64,000 nt of DNA from Solirubrobacterales bacterium (GTDB lineage: Bacteria; Actinomycetota; Thermoleophilia; Solirubrobacterales; 70-9), in assembly GCA_046330285.1 (NCBI GenBank), contig JAXLSX010000012.1:4228-68227 (forward strand). Direction: 5' to 3'. Positions 16,702 to 25,503 of this stretch are shown piece after piece. Below the pieces are notes generated by a model that ran no database searches, was not told where the DNA came from, and saw only the letters and a program-made list of their open reading frames with translations. Made by a program: the position numbers and the translations under genes. The first letter of the stretch is position 1. Each line of letters starts with the position of its first letter.

Positions 16702-17667
16702 GTGAGCGCCGCGACGGTCATCGTCCCGTCCCAGTCCCCCGCGGGAGGGAGGCTCGACCGGCTGCTCGGTTCGCTCGCGGCGCAGACCGTCGAGCACGAG
16801 ACGATCGTCATCGACAACGATTCGCCGGGCCGCGCCGTCTCCGCCGCCTGCGCCGCCTACGACTTCGCCGAGGTGGTGCAACTAGACCGCAACGCCGGGT
16901 TCTCGATGCCGATGAACCTGGGGGCGCGGCGCGCCTCGACCGGGATCCTGATCCTGCTCAACGACGACTGCGTCTGCGATCCCGACTTCGTCGAGCGGCT
17001 GATCGCCCCACTCGATCCCGCCGGCGGGATCGTGATGACCTCGGGGGTGCTGCGGGACTGGCGCCACCCGGAGCTGATCGACAGCGCCGGCATGGAGCTC
17101 GACCGGACCCTGCTCGTCTACGACTACCTGAACGGCGAGCCGCTGTCGGCCCTGGCGGGCGCCGCCGACCCGATCGGCCCCTCGCCGAAGGCCGCCGCCT
17201 TCGATCGCGACGCGTTCCTCGCCGTCGGCGGCTTCGACGAGCGACTCTTCGCCTACTGGGAGGACGTCGACCTGGCGCTGAAGATGCTCGAGGCCGGCGG
17301 CATCTGCAGGCTCGCGCCCGACGCCCTCGGCGTCCACGAGCACTCGGCCACGCTCGGGTCGGGCTCCCGCGGCAAGAACTACCTGACCGGCTTCGGGCGG
17401 GGTTACGTGCTCCGCAAGTGGGGAGTGATGACGCCCTCGCGGCTGCCGGGGATCGTCGCCCGCGACCTCGTCATCCTCGGCGGCCAGGCGGCGATCGACC
17501 GCACCGTCAGCGGCGTCGGCGGCCGGATCAGGGGATGGCGAGCGGCTCGGCACACCCACCATTACCCGGCCGCGATCGCGGAGCGGGGTGGGGCCTCGCC
17601 CTACTTCCGCAACCTCCAGCGCAGGCTCCAGCGCCGGCGCAAGCTCTCGGCGCCGGGACCCGGCTAG
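16702..17667 (+). CDS. Family 2 glycosyltransferase
   Basis: VIVPS...[16 protein letters not shown] and LNDDC (DxD) motifs. 14 nt after the sugar transferase gene. Confidence 0.8.
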   Translation: MSAATVIVPSQSPAGGRLDRLLGSLAAQTVEHETIVIDNDSPGRAVSAACAAYDFAEVVQLDRNAGFSMPMNLGARRASTGILILLNDDCVCDPDFVERLIAPLDPAGGIVMTSGVLRDWRHPELIDSAGMELDRTLLVYDYLNGEPLSALAGAADPIGPSPKAAAFDRDAFLAVGGFDERLFAYWEDVDLALKMLEAGGICRLAPDALGVHEHSATLGSGSRGKNYLTGFGRGYVLRKWGVMTPSRLPGIVARDLVILGGQAAIDRTVSGVGGRIRGWRAARHTHHYPAAIAERGGASPYFRNLQRRLQRRRKLSAPGPG

Positions 17668-18845
17668 GAAAGCTCCGACCGCCGGCGTTCGATCAGGCGA
17701 CGCTCGGCGTCGTCCGTGACGAGCTCGAGGGCGCGATCGTAGGCCTCTCTCGCTTCGGCGTCGCGATCCAGCCTCCGCAGGAGCTCGGCCCGGGCCGAGT
17801 GCAGGTAGTGGTAGTCATCGAGGGACAGTCCGTCGGTGATTTCCAACCCTGCCGCCGCGCCCTTGGCCTCGGCGACGGCGACGGCGCGGTTCAGCTCGAC
17901 CACGGGTGAGCCGGTCAGCCGGGACAGCTCCGCGTAGAGCGCGGCTATCTCCTCCCAGTCGCGTAGCTCCTCGGCGTGCAGCGACGCGATCGCCGCCTGC
18001 AGGACGTAGGGGCCGCGTCCGCGCAGGGCGATCGCCCGATCGAGCTCAGCCCGCCCGAGCACGATGTCCTGTTGCTTCCAGAGGGAGGAGTCCTGATCGG
18101 CGAGGAGCACGATCTCACCGTCGGCGAAGCGGGCTTCGCTGCGCGCGTCGAGGAGCAGCATCATCGCGAGCAGGCCGTGCGCCTCGGGTTCGTCGGGCAT
18201 CAGCTCGACCAGCAGGCGTCCCAGCCGCAAGGCCTCGGCGGTCAGCTCGCCGCGCCCGCCGTAGCCGTCGTTGAAGATCAGGTAGACGACCGCCAGCACG
18301 GCGGCGAGCCGGTCCGGCAGCTCGCGGTCCGGTGGCACCCGGAACGGGATGCCCGCCTCGCGAATCTTGCGCTTTGCGCGGACGAGACGTTGCGCCATGG
18401 TCTTCTCGGGGACGAGGAAGCTTCGGGCGATCTCGCCGGTCTCGAGCCCACCGACGGCACGCAGGGTCAGCGCTACCTGCGCATCGGTCCGGAGGGCCGG
18501 GTGGCAGCAGGTGAAGATCAGCTCGAGGCGTTCGTCGGGTATCGGTGTCTCGTCGATTTCGATCTCCCCATCCATCGCCGTCACCGCGTCCGCTTCGATC
18601 AGCCGGGTCTTCTCGGTCAGGACCCGGTTTCGGCGCATGCGGTCGATCGCCCGATTGCGGGCCGTCGTCACCAGCCATGCGCGGGGATTGGATGGCGTCC
18701 CGTCCCGCGGCCAGCGCTCGGCGGCAACGGCGAAGGCCTCCTGGGCGGCCTCCTCGGCGAGGTCGAAGTCACCGAGGAGGCCGATCAGGGTGGCCAGGAC
18801 CCGCGCCCACTCGTCGCGGTAGGCCCGTTCGAGGCTCGCGCTCAC
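17664..18845 (-). CDS. ECF sigma factor with a long C-terminal extension (ECF42-like)
   Basis: Starts at GTG 18845 (GTGA overlap with the upstream DGPF gene). Region 2: [29 protein letters not shown]. Region 4: [12 protein letters not shown] helical/TPR-like tail of about 200 aa follows. Confidence 0.8.
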   Translation of the reverse strand: MSASLERAYRDEWARVLATLIGLLGDFDLAEEAAQEAFAVAAERWPRDGTPSNPRAWLVTTARNRAIDRMRRNRVLTEKTRLIEADAVTAMDGEIEIDETPIPDERLELIFTCCHPALRTDAQVALTLRAVGGLETGEIARSFLVPEKTMAQRLVRAKRKIREAGIPFRVPPDRELPDRLAAVLAVVYLIFNDGYGGRGELTAEALRLGRLLVELMPDEPEAHGLLAMMLLLDARSEARFADGEIVLLADQDSSLWKQQDIVLGRAELDRAIALRGRGPYVLQAAIASLHAEELRDWEEIAALYAELSRLTGSPVVELNRAVAVAEAKGAAAGLEITDGLSLDDYHYLHSARAELLRRLDRDAEAREAYDRALELVTDDAERRLIERRRSELS

Positions 18846-19195
18846 TCCGCGAGCGGGCGGATCTCGATCCTTCCGCCCATGCTTGCGGCCGGGATTCCGG
18901 CAGCGACCGCGATCGCTGCATCGAGATCGTCGGCCTCGAGGAACAGGTAGCCGCCGAGAGCCTCCTTCGTCTCGACGTAGGGACCGTCCGTCACCAGCGT
19001 CTCGCCGTCGGCGACGCGAACCGTCGTGGCCGTCTCGGGCGGCTGCATCCGCGACCCCGGGGTCACGCCCGGTGTCTCGTTCAGTCGCTGGTAGGCGGCG
19101 AAGACGTCGGCCTGGGCCTCCTCGGAGAGCTCTGCCCATTCGGGCGTCCCCGGCGTCGGCGTGGTGCCCTGATTGATCAGCAGCAGGTACTTCAT
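18842..19195 (-). CDS. YCII-related / DGPF domain protein
   Basis: 117 aa. MKYLLLI N-terminus, [23 protein letters not shown] (DGPF-type motif), IEIRPL C-terminus. Confidence 0.8.
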   Translation of the reverse strand: MKYLLLINQGTTPTPGTPEWAELSEEAQADVFAAYQRLNETPGVTPGSRMQPPETATTVRVADGETLVTDGPYVETKEALGGYLFLEADDLDAAIAVAAGIPAASMGGRIEIRPLAE

Positions 19196-19254
19196 GGCTT
19201 CCTCCTCGTTGGGATGGTCGCTCGTAGACGAACGGGCCCAGCCGAAATCGACAC

Positions 19255-19671
19255 CTACCTCTCGCTGATTCCCCCCAGGACCGGTTTCAGGTCGAGAACC
19301 GGGGTCCCGTCGACGGCCTCGAGTCCTGCGACCCGGAGGCGGCTGCCGTCGATCTCCCGGATCTGCACACGGTGCAGGCCGATCGGATTCGGGCGCGCGG
19401 GGGATCGGGTCGCGAAGACGCCCAGCGGTGGGCGGGAGACGTCGCCTCGCGGATGCACGCTCAGCACTTCCCGGTCGGCCCGGTCGAGCCAGGTGATGAC
19501 GATCATCTCGGCGCCGGGCTCGATCCCGCCGACCGCTTCACCGACCTCGTCATCGAGGATGATCCACGCCTCCGGGGCTCCCTCGTCGCCTTGCTTGGGG
19601 GCTTGCGCCGGGTCGGTCAGCGGCGATGACACCTCACCGACCATCCGCAGCCGCGATTCGATCTCTCGCAT
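19255..19671 (-). CDS. TrmO/TsaA (YaeB, UPF0066)-like SAM-dependent methyltransferase domain protein
   Basis: 138 aa. [16 protein letters not shown] and GTPVLDLKP are characteristic of the TsaA/YaeB family. Confidence 0.75.
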   Translation of the reverse strand: MREIESRLRMVGEVSSPLTDPAQAPKQGDEGAPEAWIILDDEVGEAVGGIEPGAEMIVITWLDRADREVLSVHPRGDVSRPPLGVFATRSPARPNPIGLHRVQIREIDGSRLRVAGLEAVDGTPVLDLKPVLGGISER

Positions 19672-19707
19672 GGCGAGAGCTTGACCGGGCCGGCGGCGGC
19701 TTAACGC

Positions 19708-20853
19708 CTAGCGCCGCGCGATCGCTGCGAACTCGGTGAGGAGTTCCTTCTGCGAGCCGTCCTCGTTCAGGAGGCCGGACGTGCTGCACCAGCTGCAGAC
19801 CGGGTCGGGGCCGTCCTTCCACTGGTACCAGACGGCCCTGCCGATGTTCAGCTTCTTCCGCTCCTTGAGCATCATCTGGAACGAGTCGCGGAGGTTCTTC
19901 CGCTGCTTGGAGGCGGAGACGATCAGGGGGTTCGAGCTCGTGCCCTCGCCCCAGCCGATCTCGGTCACCCAGATCGGCGTCTTCTTCAGCTTCGCCTTGT
20001 CGAGCACCTTGCGGGTGAGCTCGATCTGCTTCTTGACGTCCTTGACGGCGCCGGTGTAGGGATGGATGGCGATCGTGTCGGCGGCCTTCGCGGCGGACTT
20101 CGAGCGCAGCATCTTCTTCAGGTAGACGTCACCGTCGTCGGCCCTGCGGTTGACCGGCTGTGAGATGACGCCGGCGGAGACGATGTCGGCGGCCGGATCC
20201 TCGGCGTGGATGGCCTTCGCCGAGATCGACAGCAGCTTCCCGTAGCTCTTGGCGTTGGGGTTCGCCCAGTTGTTGAAGGAGTTCGGCTCGTTCCAGATCT
20301 GCCAGTCCTCGATCGGGTGCTTCGGCAGCGCCGCGTTGACGGGATCGGTCCAGAACTCGCCGTCGGGCCCATAGCGCCGGACCAGCTCGGTCAGATAGTC
20401 CTTCCAGGCCGCGGTCGCCTCCGGGGTGTCGAGCGGGGTGGAGCCGCGCTCGGTGTTCCCCGGCGTCCCGAGCAGGACCGGGAGCACGTCGATGCCCTGC
20501 TCCGCGGCGCCCGCCACGATCGCGTCGAAGTTGGTCCAGTCGTAGGTCACCGGCGGCACGGTCGGTCCCGGGTTCGCCTGGTGGTAGACGAATCCGGTCC
20601 GGACGAATCCGACGTCGTTGGTCGCCATCTCGGCGTAGTCGGCCGTCGCCGCGGCTAGCGGGTGCACGCCGAAGAACCCCTTCGGGGCCTGGGCGGCGTC
20701 GGAGCGGGCGGGCGAGCAGATCGCGGCGATCAGGGCCAGCAGCGCGATCGACAGCGCCACACGGCTTCGGGTTCCGGTCGCCGGCCTCGCCCCGGATGTC
20801 GGAGCTGCTGACACGGAGGCGAAAGGGTAGCGAGTCGCCCCGGACGCCCACAA
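19708..20853 (-). CDS. Glycoside-hydrolase-like (TIM-barrel) secreted protein, paralog of 11722..12831
   Basis: Signal-peptide-like LSIALLALIAAICSPARSDA. WQIWNEPN and WVTEIGW motifs. The C-terminal CSWC matches CGWC in the paralog. Exact start uncertain. Confidence 0.7.
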   Translation of the reverse strand: MWASGATRYPFASVSAAPTSGARPATGTRSRVALSIALLALIAAICSPARSDAAQAPKGFFGVHPLAAATADYAEMATNDVGFVRTGFVYHQANPGPTVPPVTYDWTNFDAIVAGAAEQGIDVLPVLLGTPGNTERGSTPLDTPEATAAWKDYLTELVRRYGPDGEFWTDPVNAALPKHPIEDWQIWNEPNSFNNWANPNAKSYGKLLSISAKAIHAEDPAADIVSAGVISQPVNRRADDGDVYLKKMLRSKSAAKAADTIAIHPYTGAVKDVKKQIELTRKVLDKAKLKKTPIWVTEIGWGEGTSSNPLIVSASKQRKNLRDSFQMMLKERKKLNIGRAVWYQWKDGPDPVCSWCSTSGLLNEDGSQKELLTEFAAIARR

Positions 20854-20883
20854 GGGGTGACCGGGCGGGGGCCCCGTGGCTGA

Positions 20884-21681
20884 TCAGTGCTCGAGAACGA
20901 GGCCCAGGAACGACTTCGTGCGCTCCTGCTGCGGGTTGTCGAGAACCTGCGACGGCGGCCCGTCCTCGACGATCACGCCGCCGTCCATGAAGACGACCCG
21001 GTCGGCCGCCTCGCGGGCGAAGCCGATCTCGTGGGTCACGACCATCATCGTCATCCCCTCGTCGGCGAGCTCGCGCATGACGTCGAGCACCTCCTTGACG
21101 AGCTCGGGGTCGAGGGCGCTCGTGACCTCGTCGAACAGCATCACGTGGGGGTCCATCGCGAGCGCTCGCGCGATCGCGACCCGCTGCTGCTGGCCGCCCG
21201 AGAGCCGGTCCGGGTACTCGCCCATCTTCTCGGCCATGCCGACCCTGGTCAGCAGCTCCTCGCCGCGCTTGCGGCAATCGCCCTCGGAGCGGCCGAGGAC
21301 CGTCTCCGGCGCCAGCGTGACGTTCTCGAGCGCGGTCTTCAGCGGGAACAGGTTGAACTGCTGGAAGACCATCCCGACCCGCTGGCGGACGAAATCGAGA
21401 CCGGCGGTGCCCTTGCCGGTGATCTCCTCGCCCTCGAGGACGATCCGGCCGCTGTCGGGCGGCGAGAGCAGGTTGACGCAGCGCAGCAGCGTCGACTTGC
21501 CCGATCCGCTGGGGCCGAGGATGCAGACGACCTCGCCGCGCTTGACGGTCATCTCGACGCCGTCGAGGACGACCAGGTCGCCGAAGCTCTTGCGGACGTC
21601 GTGGAGTCCGAGGATCGAGCCGTCGGGTGCGGTCGTGAGCTCGCCGGTCGTCGGGACGACCGAGCCTGCGTCGGGACTCAT
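20884..21681 (-). CDS. Polar amino-acid ABC transporter ATP-binding protein (GlnQ-like)
   Basis: GPSGSGKST Walker [16 protein letters not shown] signature, [11 protein letters not shown] Walker B. Confidence 0.93.
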   Translation of the reverse strand: MSPDAGSVVPTTGELTTAPDGSILGLHDVRKSFGDLVVLDGVEMTVKRGEVVCILGPSGSGKSTLLRCVNLLSPPDSGRIVLEGEEITGKGTAGLDFVRQRVGMVFQQFNLFPLKTALENVTLAPETVLGRSEGDCRKRGEELLTRVGMAEKMGEYPDRLSGGQQQRVAIARALAMDPHVMLFDEVTSALDPELVKEVLDVMRELADEGMTMMVVTHEIGFAREAADRVVFMDGGVIVEDGPPSQVLDNPQQERTKSFLGLVLEH

Positions 21682-22427
21682 GCCATCCCCCTCTGGTAGC
21701 GGGCCTGTTGTCGGCCGATCATGTAATCGACCAGTCGGGCGAGCGGGATCGTGACGATCAGGAACAGGATCGCCCCCATCACCAGCCCGGAGCCGTTGAA
21801 GATGTCGGACTGGATCTGGCGGCCGACGTAGACGACCTCGGCGGCGCCGAGGATGCTGACCAGCGAGGTGTCCTTCATCAGGGCGATGAAGTCGTTGAGC
21901 AGCGGCGGGATCACGCGACGGACCGCCTGCGGGACGATCACGTGCCGCATCGCCTGGTTGTGGCTCATCCCGAGCGAGCGAGCCGCCTCCATCTGCCCGC
22001 CCGGCACCGACTCGATGCCGGCGCGGTAGACCTCAGCCATGTAGGCGCCGTAGGTGATCGTCAGCGAGATGACGCCGTACCAGAACGGGCTCGTTTCGCC
22101 GAACCAGGTCGGCTTGCCGATGAAGTCCGGGAGGACGTCGCCGCCGATCGGCGCGGCGAGCGTGCTGAGTCCGCCGGAGACGAGCAGCAGGACGATCAGC
22201 AGAGGGATGCCGCGGAAGACGTCGATGTAGCCGATCGTCACCCAGCGGATGGGCGCCAGGGCTTTTCCTGGCAACTGCCGCAGGACGGCGAGGATCAGCC
22301 CCCAGATCAGCGAGAAGATACCGCCGAGGATCGAGAGCTTCAGCGTCAGCCAGAACCCGTCGAGGATCGGCGACAGGTTGTCGCTCATTACGTGGAAGTC
22401 GAAGTAGTACTGCCGGATGAACTCCAT
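21678..22427 (-). CDS. Polar amino-acid ABC transporter permease (His/Glu/Gln/Arg family)
   Basis: 249 aa, multi-[11 protein letters not shown]...IVPQA EAA-loop motif. 4-nt overlap with the ATPase gene. Confidence 0.9.
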   Translation of the reverse strand: MEFIRQYYFDFHVMSDNLSPILDGFWLTLKLSILGGIFSLIWGLILAVLRQLPGKALAPIRWVTIGYIDVFRGIPLLIVLLLVSGGLSTLAAPIGGDVLPDFIGKPTWFGETSPFWYGVISLTITYGAYMAEVYRAGIESVPGGQMEAARSLGMSHNQAMRHVIVPQAVRRVIPPLLNDFIALMKDTSLVSILGAAEVVYVGRQIQSDIFNGSGLVMGAILFLIVTIPLARLVDYMIGRQQARYQRGMA

Positions 22428-22484
22428 GCGCCCTCGTTCCTAACTCGATCCTGGCCCCGCCCCGGGGTTTATATCCGTCCCCGA

Positions 22485-22518
22485 ACGAGAAGGAGCGCCC
22501 GGGGGCGCTCCTTCTCGT
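22485..22518 (-). other. Intercistronic GC-rich stem-loop between the binding-protein and permease genes
   Basis: Near-perfect inverted repeat ACGAGAAGGAGCGCCC / GGGCGCTCCTTCTCGT with a minimal loop, and no U-tract. It lies in the 148-nt spacer inside the operon. Confidence 0.5.
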
Positions 22519-22575
22519 GTCCGTGCCGGCCGCAAGACCCTGTGCTCCAAGTTCCTGCGGCTCGGCTCGGCTTAT

Positions 22576-23439
22576 CTACTTGGGGTTCGTCACCGACTCG
22601 GGCGCGTCGGTCGAGAAGTACTCCTGGTACAGCTCGTCCATCGTGCCATCGTCGATCAGCTGGGCGATCGCCTCGTTGATCGCGTCGTTGAGCGGGTTGC
22701 CCGGCGCGGTCGGGAACCCGTAGACCTCGTCGGTCGAGATCTCCTGGGCGATCTCGATGCCGCCCTGCTTCTCGACGGCGTCGGCCGCGAACGGCTGATC
22801 GACGATCGCCGCGTCGACCTGCTCGGTGGTCACGGCGGCGAGGGCGTCGGCGCCCTTGCTGAAGCCGCGAACCTCGCCGGCGTCGGTCTCGTCCTCGGCG
22901 AGGGTCTGACCGGTGGTGCCCTGCTGGGCGCCTACGACCAGGCCGCCGAGATCGGCGGTCGACGTGATGTCGGAGCCCTCGGGCACGACGAGCGCCTGCT
23001 GGGCCTCGTAGTACGGGACGGAGAAGTCGACGACCTTCTCGCGGGCCGGGGTGATCGTCGCCGCTGCCGCGACCACGTCGAACTGGCCGCTCGCCACGTC
23101 ACGGAAGATCGTGTCGAACGAGCTGTTCTGGTAGGTGGGCGTGAGGCCGAGCTTCTCGGCGATCGCGTCCATGAGGTCCTTGTCGAAGCCGCTGAAGTCG
23201 CCGCTCTCGGGGGTACCGATCTCGAACGGCGGGTACGGCGCGTCGGTGCCGACCAGGAGCTGCCCTTCCTTGATCAGCTCTGCGTTCGAGATGTCGATGG
23301 TCCCGGAGCCGGAACTCGCTTCGGTGCTGTCGCTGCTGCCGCTCGTGCTGTCGTCGCTTCCGCATCCGGCAACCGCAAAGGCGGCAATCAGACCGATCGC
23401 GAGTACGAGCAGCGACCAAATCCTGGTCTTCCTCTGCAC
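22576..23439 (-). CDS. Polar amino-acid ABC transporter substrate-binding lipoprotein
   Basis: Starts at GTG 23439 with GGGAG about 7 nt upstream. Lipobox VAGCGS and a Ser-rich linker. Family 3 SBP motifs (GTDAPYPPFE, GFDKDLM). Confidence 0.85.
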   Translation of the reverse strand: MQRKTRIWSLLVLAIGLIAAFAVAGCGSDDSTSGSSDSTEASSGSGTIDISNAELIKEGQLLVGTDAPYPPFEIGTPESGDFSGFDKDLMDAIAEKLGLTPTYQNSSFDTIFRDVASGQFDVVAAAATITPAREKVVDFSVPYYEAQQALVVPEGSDITSTADLGGLVVGAQQGTTGQTLAEDETDAGEVRGFSKGADALAAVTTEQVDAAIVDQPFAADAVEKQGGIEIAQEISTDEVYGFPTAPGNPLNDAINEAIAQLIDDGTMDELYQEYFSTDAPESVTNPK

Positions 23440-23595
23440 TGGTCGTCTCCCTTTCTCTCTCACTGAAAAGCCGCACCCGCCCCATGCCGGTGAAGCCCCC
23501 GCACCATATCCTGAATCGTTCTCAGGACCGGGCCAGGCCCGAACCGCCCAATCCCGATCGGGATCCAAGGAAATGCCTGTCGGGGATGCGGGACT

Positions 23596-23615
23596 TCACT
23601 ACACTTATTGAAGTA
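23596..23615 (+). promoter_or_regulatory. AT-rich element TCACTACACTTATTGAAGTA (TACACT box plus ACTT-N4-AAGT) abutting the cysM start
   Basis: TANNNT box at 23600..23605, 9 nt before ATG 23615. Embedded in the palindrome ACTTCA-N10-TGAAGT (23593..23614). 16 of 20 positions match 9137..9156. Confidence 0.4.
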
Positions 23616-24580
23616 TGGGTGGCGAATTGATGAACCGACCGTGCGGCGGCCAGTTCGAGAGCGTTCTCGAGGCCATCGGCAACACTCCGCTGGTCGAGCT
23701 GCAGCGACTGACTCCGAACCCGAACGTCCGGATGTTCGCGAAGCTCGAGGGCCGCAACCCGACCGGGTCCGTCAAGGACCGGGTCGCGAAGGCCATGATC
23801 GACCGGGCCGAGGCCGAGGGGCTGATCGCGCCCGGCCAAACGATCCTCGAGCCGACGTCGGGAAACACCGGCATCGCGCTGGCGATGATCTGCCGGCGCA
23901 AGGGCTACCGCCTGAAGGCCGTGATGCCCGACAACGTCACCACCGAGCGCTCGCAGCTGCTCGCCATGTACGGCGCCGAGATCGTCTACTCGGAGGGTCC
24001 GAAGGGTTCGAACGGCGCCGTCGAGATGGCGCTCGAGATGGCCGAGGCCGACTCGTCCTACTACGTGCCCTACCAGTACGGCAACGAGGCGAACCCGCTC
24101 GCCCACTACAACGGCACCGCCGTCGAGATCCTCGAGGAGCTCGACGAGGTCACCGCCTTCGTCAGCGGGCTCGGAACCGGCGGCACGCTGATGGGCGTCG
24201 GCCGCCGCCTCAAGGAGCACGACCCGGAGACGAAGATCGTCGCCTCCGAGCCGATGCAGGGTGAGCTGGTCGACGGCCTTCGCTCGCTCGACGACGGCTT
24301 CATCCCACCGATCATCGATCTCTCGGTCCTCGACCGGAAGATCATGGTCTCCAACCGCGACTCGATCGTCTGGACTCAGAAGCTGCTGCGCGAGGAGGGG
24401 ATCTTCGCCGGCGTCAGCGCCGGCGCGATCGCCTACGTCGCCAACCGGATCGCCGGTGAGCTCGACGAGGGCAACGTCGTCTTCCTGATCCCCGACGACG
24501 GCTGGAAGTACCTCTCCTCCGGCGTCTACACGACCGACGTCGACGCGATCGACGGGCTCGAGACCACCAACTGGTGGTAG
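23615..24580 (+). CDS. cysM: Cysteine synthase, CysM type (PLP-dependent; predicted to use the CysO thiocarboxylate)
   Basis: 321 aa. GNTPLVEL, KLEGRNPTGSVKDR (PLP Lys), SGNTGIALA, GLGTGGTLMG. An alternative ATG lies at 23630. Confidence 0.9.
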   Translation: MGGELMNRPCGGQFESVLEAIGNTPLVELQRLTPNPNVRMFAKLEGRNPTGSVKDRVAKAMIDRAEAEGLIAPGQTILEPTSGNTGIALAMICRRKGYRLKAVMPDNVTTERSQLLAMYGAEIVYSEGPKGSNGAVEMALEMAEADSSYYVPYQYGNEANPLAHYNGTAVEILEELDEVTAFVSGLGTGGTLMGVGRRLKEHDPETKIVASEPMQGELVDGLRSLDDGFIPPIIDLSVLDRKIMVSNRDSIVWTQKLLREEGIFAGVSAGAIAYVANRIAGELDEGNVVFLIPDDGWKYLSSGVYTTDVDAIDGLETTNWW

Positions 24581-24590
24581 TAGTCCCCCG

Positions 24591-25004
24591 ATGCGGATCC
24601 GCCGCGACCTGATCGACGAGATCGTCGCGCACTCGCGCGAGGCCCGGCCGCGGGGCGAGCAGGGCGAGGAGTGCTGCGGGCTGATCGGCGGGGATACCGG
24701 CGAGATGACGTCGGTCCACCGCGCCCGGAACGCCGCCGCGACCTGGCTGCGCTACGAGGTCCATCCGAGCGACCAGATCCGGATCATGGACCGGATCGAG
24801 GAGGACGGCGAGGAGCTCGTCGCGATCTACCACTCGCACACCAAGAGCCCCGCTTTCCCGTCGCAGACCGACGTCAACCTCGCAGCCAACTGGCCCGACG
24901 TCCTCTGGCTGATCTGCTCGCTCGAGGATTGGGACGAGCCCGTGGTCCGCGGCTTCTGGATCCGCGACGGCGAGATCGAGGAGGAGGATCTCGACGTCGT
25001 CTGA
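24591..25004 (+). CDS. mec: JAMM/MPN+ metalloprotease (Mec-like CysO hydrolase)
   Basis: 137 aa. EECCG (catalytic Glu) and HSHTKSPAFPSQTD (HxH-x7-S-xx-D JAMM motif). 10 nt after cysM. Confidence 0.88.
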   Translation: MRIRRDLIDEIVAHSREARPRGEQGEECCGLIGGDTGEMTSVHRARNAAATWLRYEVHPSDQIRIMDRIEEDGEELVAIYHSHTKSPAFPSQTDVNLAANWPDVLWLICSLEDWDEPVVRGFWIRDGEIEEEDLDVV

Positions 25005-25083
25005 GGCGCCGCTCGTCTGCCGGGGATGCGGGGCGGCCCAGCAGGGGCGGCCGGGGGAGGAGAGGTTCTGCGAGGCCTGCGGC

Positions 25084-25503
25084 ATGCCGTTGACCGCAGC
25101 GGGCCCGGCTGACGTCGGCCCGGTCGCCGAGCACGTCGAACGGGCGCGCAAGATCCAGCCGCGCCTCGCTCGCGGCGAGACAGTCCGGGTCGCGGTCGCC
25201 CTCAACCTCGCGGAGGCCGAGCTGATGCAGAACATCCTCCTCGAGGAGGGGATCCCCAGCATCCTCCGCCGCTCCGGCGGATTCGACGTGCCCGACTTCC
25301 TCGCGGCGGGACCGCGGGACATCCTCGTGCCGGCCTCCGGCGCCGAGGCGGCGCGGGAGCTGCTCAATTTCGATGGCGTCGCGCCCCTGGAGCCGGAGCC
25401 GGTCGACCAGCGGCGGGCGGCGTTCCGCCTCGCTGCGGCGATGCTCGTCTGCCTGCTCCTGTTCGGAGCGCTCGCCGGCCTGATCTGGGCCCTGATGCCC
25501 TAG
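25084..25503 (+). CDS. DUF2007-like (putative signal-transducing fold) protein with a C-terminal TM helix; probably extends upstream into a zinc ribbon
   Basis: RVAVALNLAEAELMQNILLEEGIPSIL resembles DUF2007. Hydrophobic C-terminus. The in-frame upstream sequence encodes VCRGC-x13-FCEACG but has no ATG/GTG/TTG start. Confidence 0.6.
   Translation: MPLTAAGPADVGPVAEHVERARKIQPRLARGETVRVAVALNLAEAELMQNILLEEGIPSILRRSGGFDVPDFLAAGPRDILVPASGAEAARELLNFDGVAPLEPEPVDQRRAAFRLAAAMLVCLLLFGALAGLIWALMP

Noticed and set aside
24978-25020. Programmed +1 frameshift from mec into the zinc-ribbon frame (an SD-like GAGGAGGAGG lies upstream of the mec stop, reminiscent of prfB)
   Set aside because: The last sense codon GTC cannot re-pair in the +1 frame. 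The SD-like run lies about 11 nt from that codon, against about 3 nt in prfB. I saw no slippery sequence. It is kept only as a start-codon puzzle in the findings.
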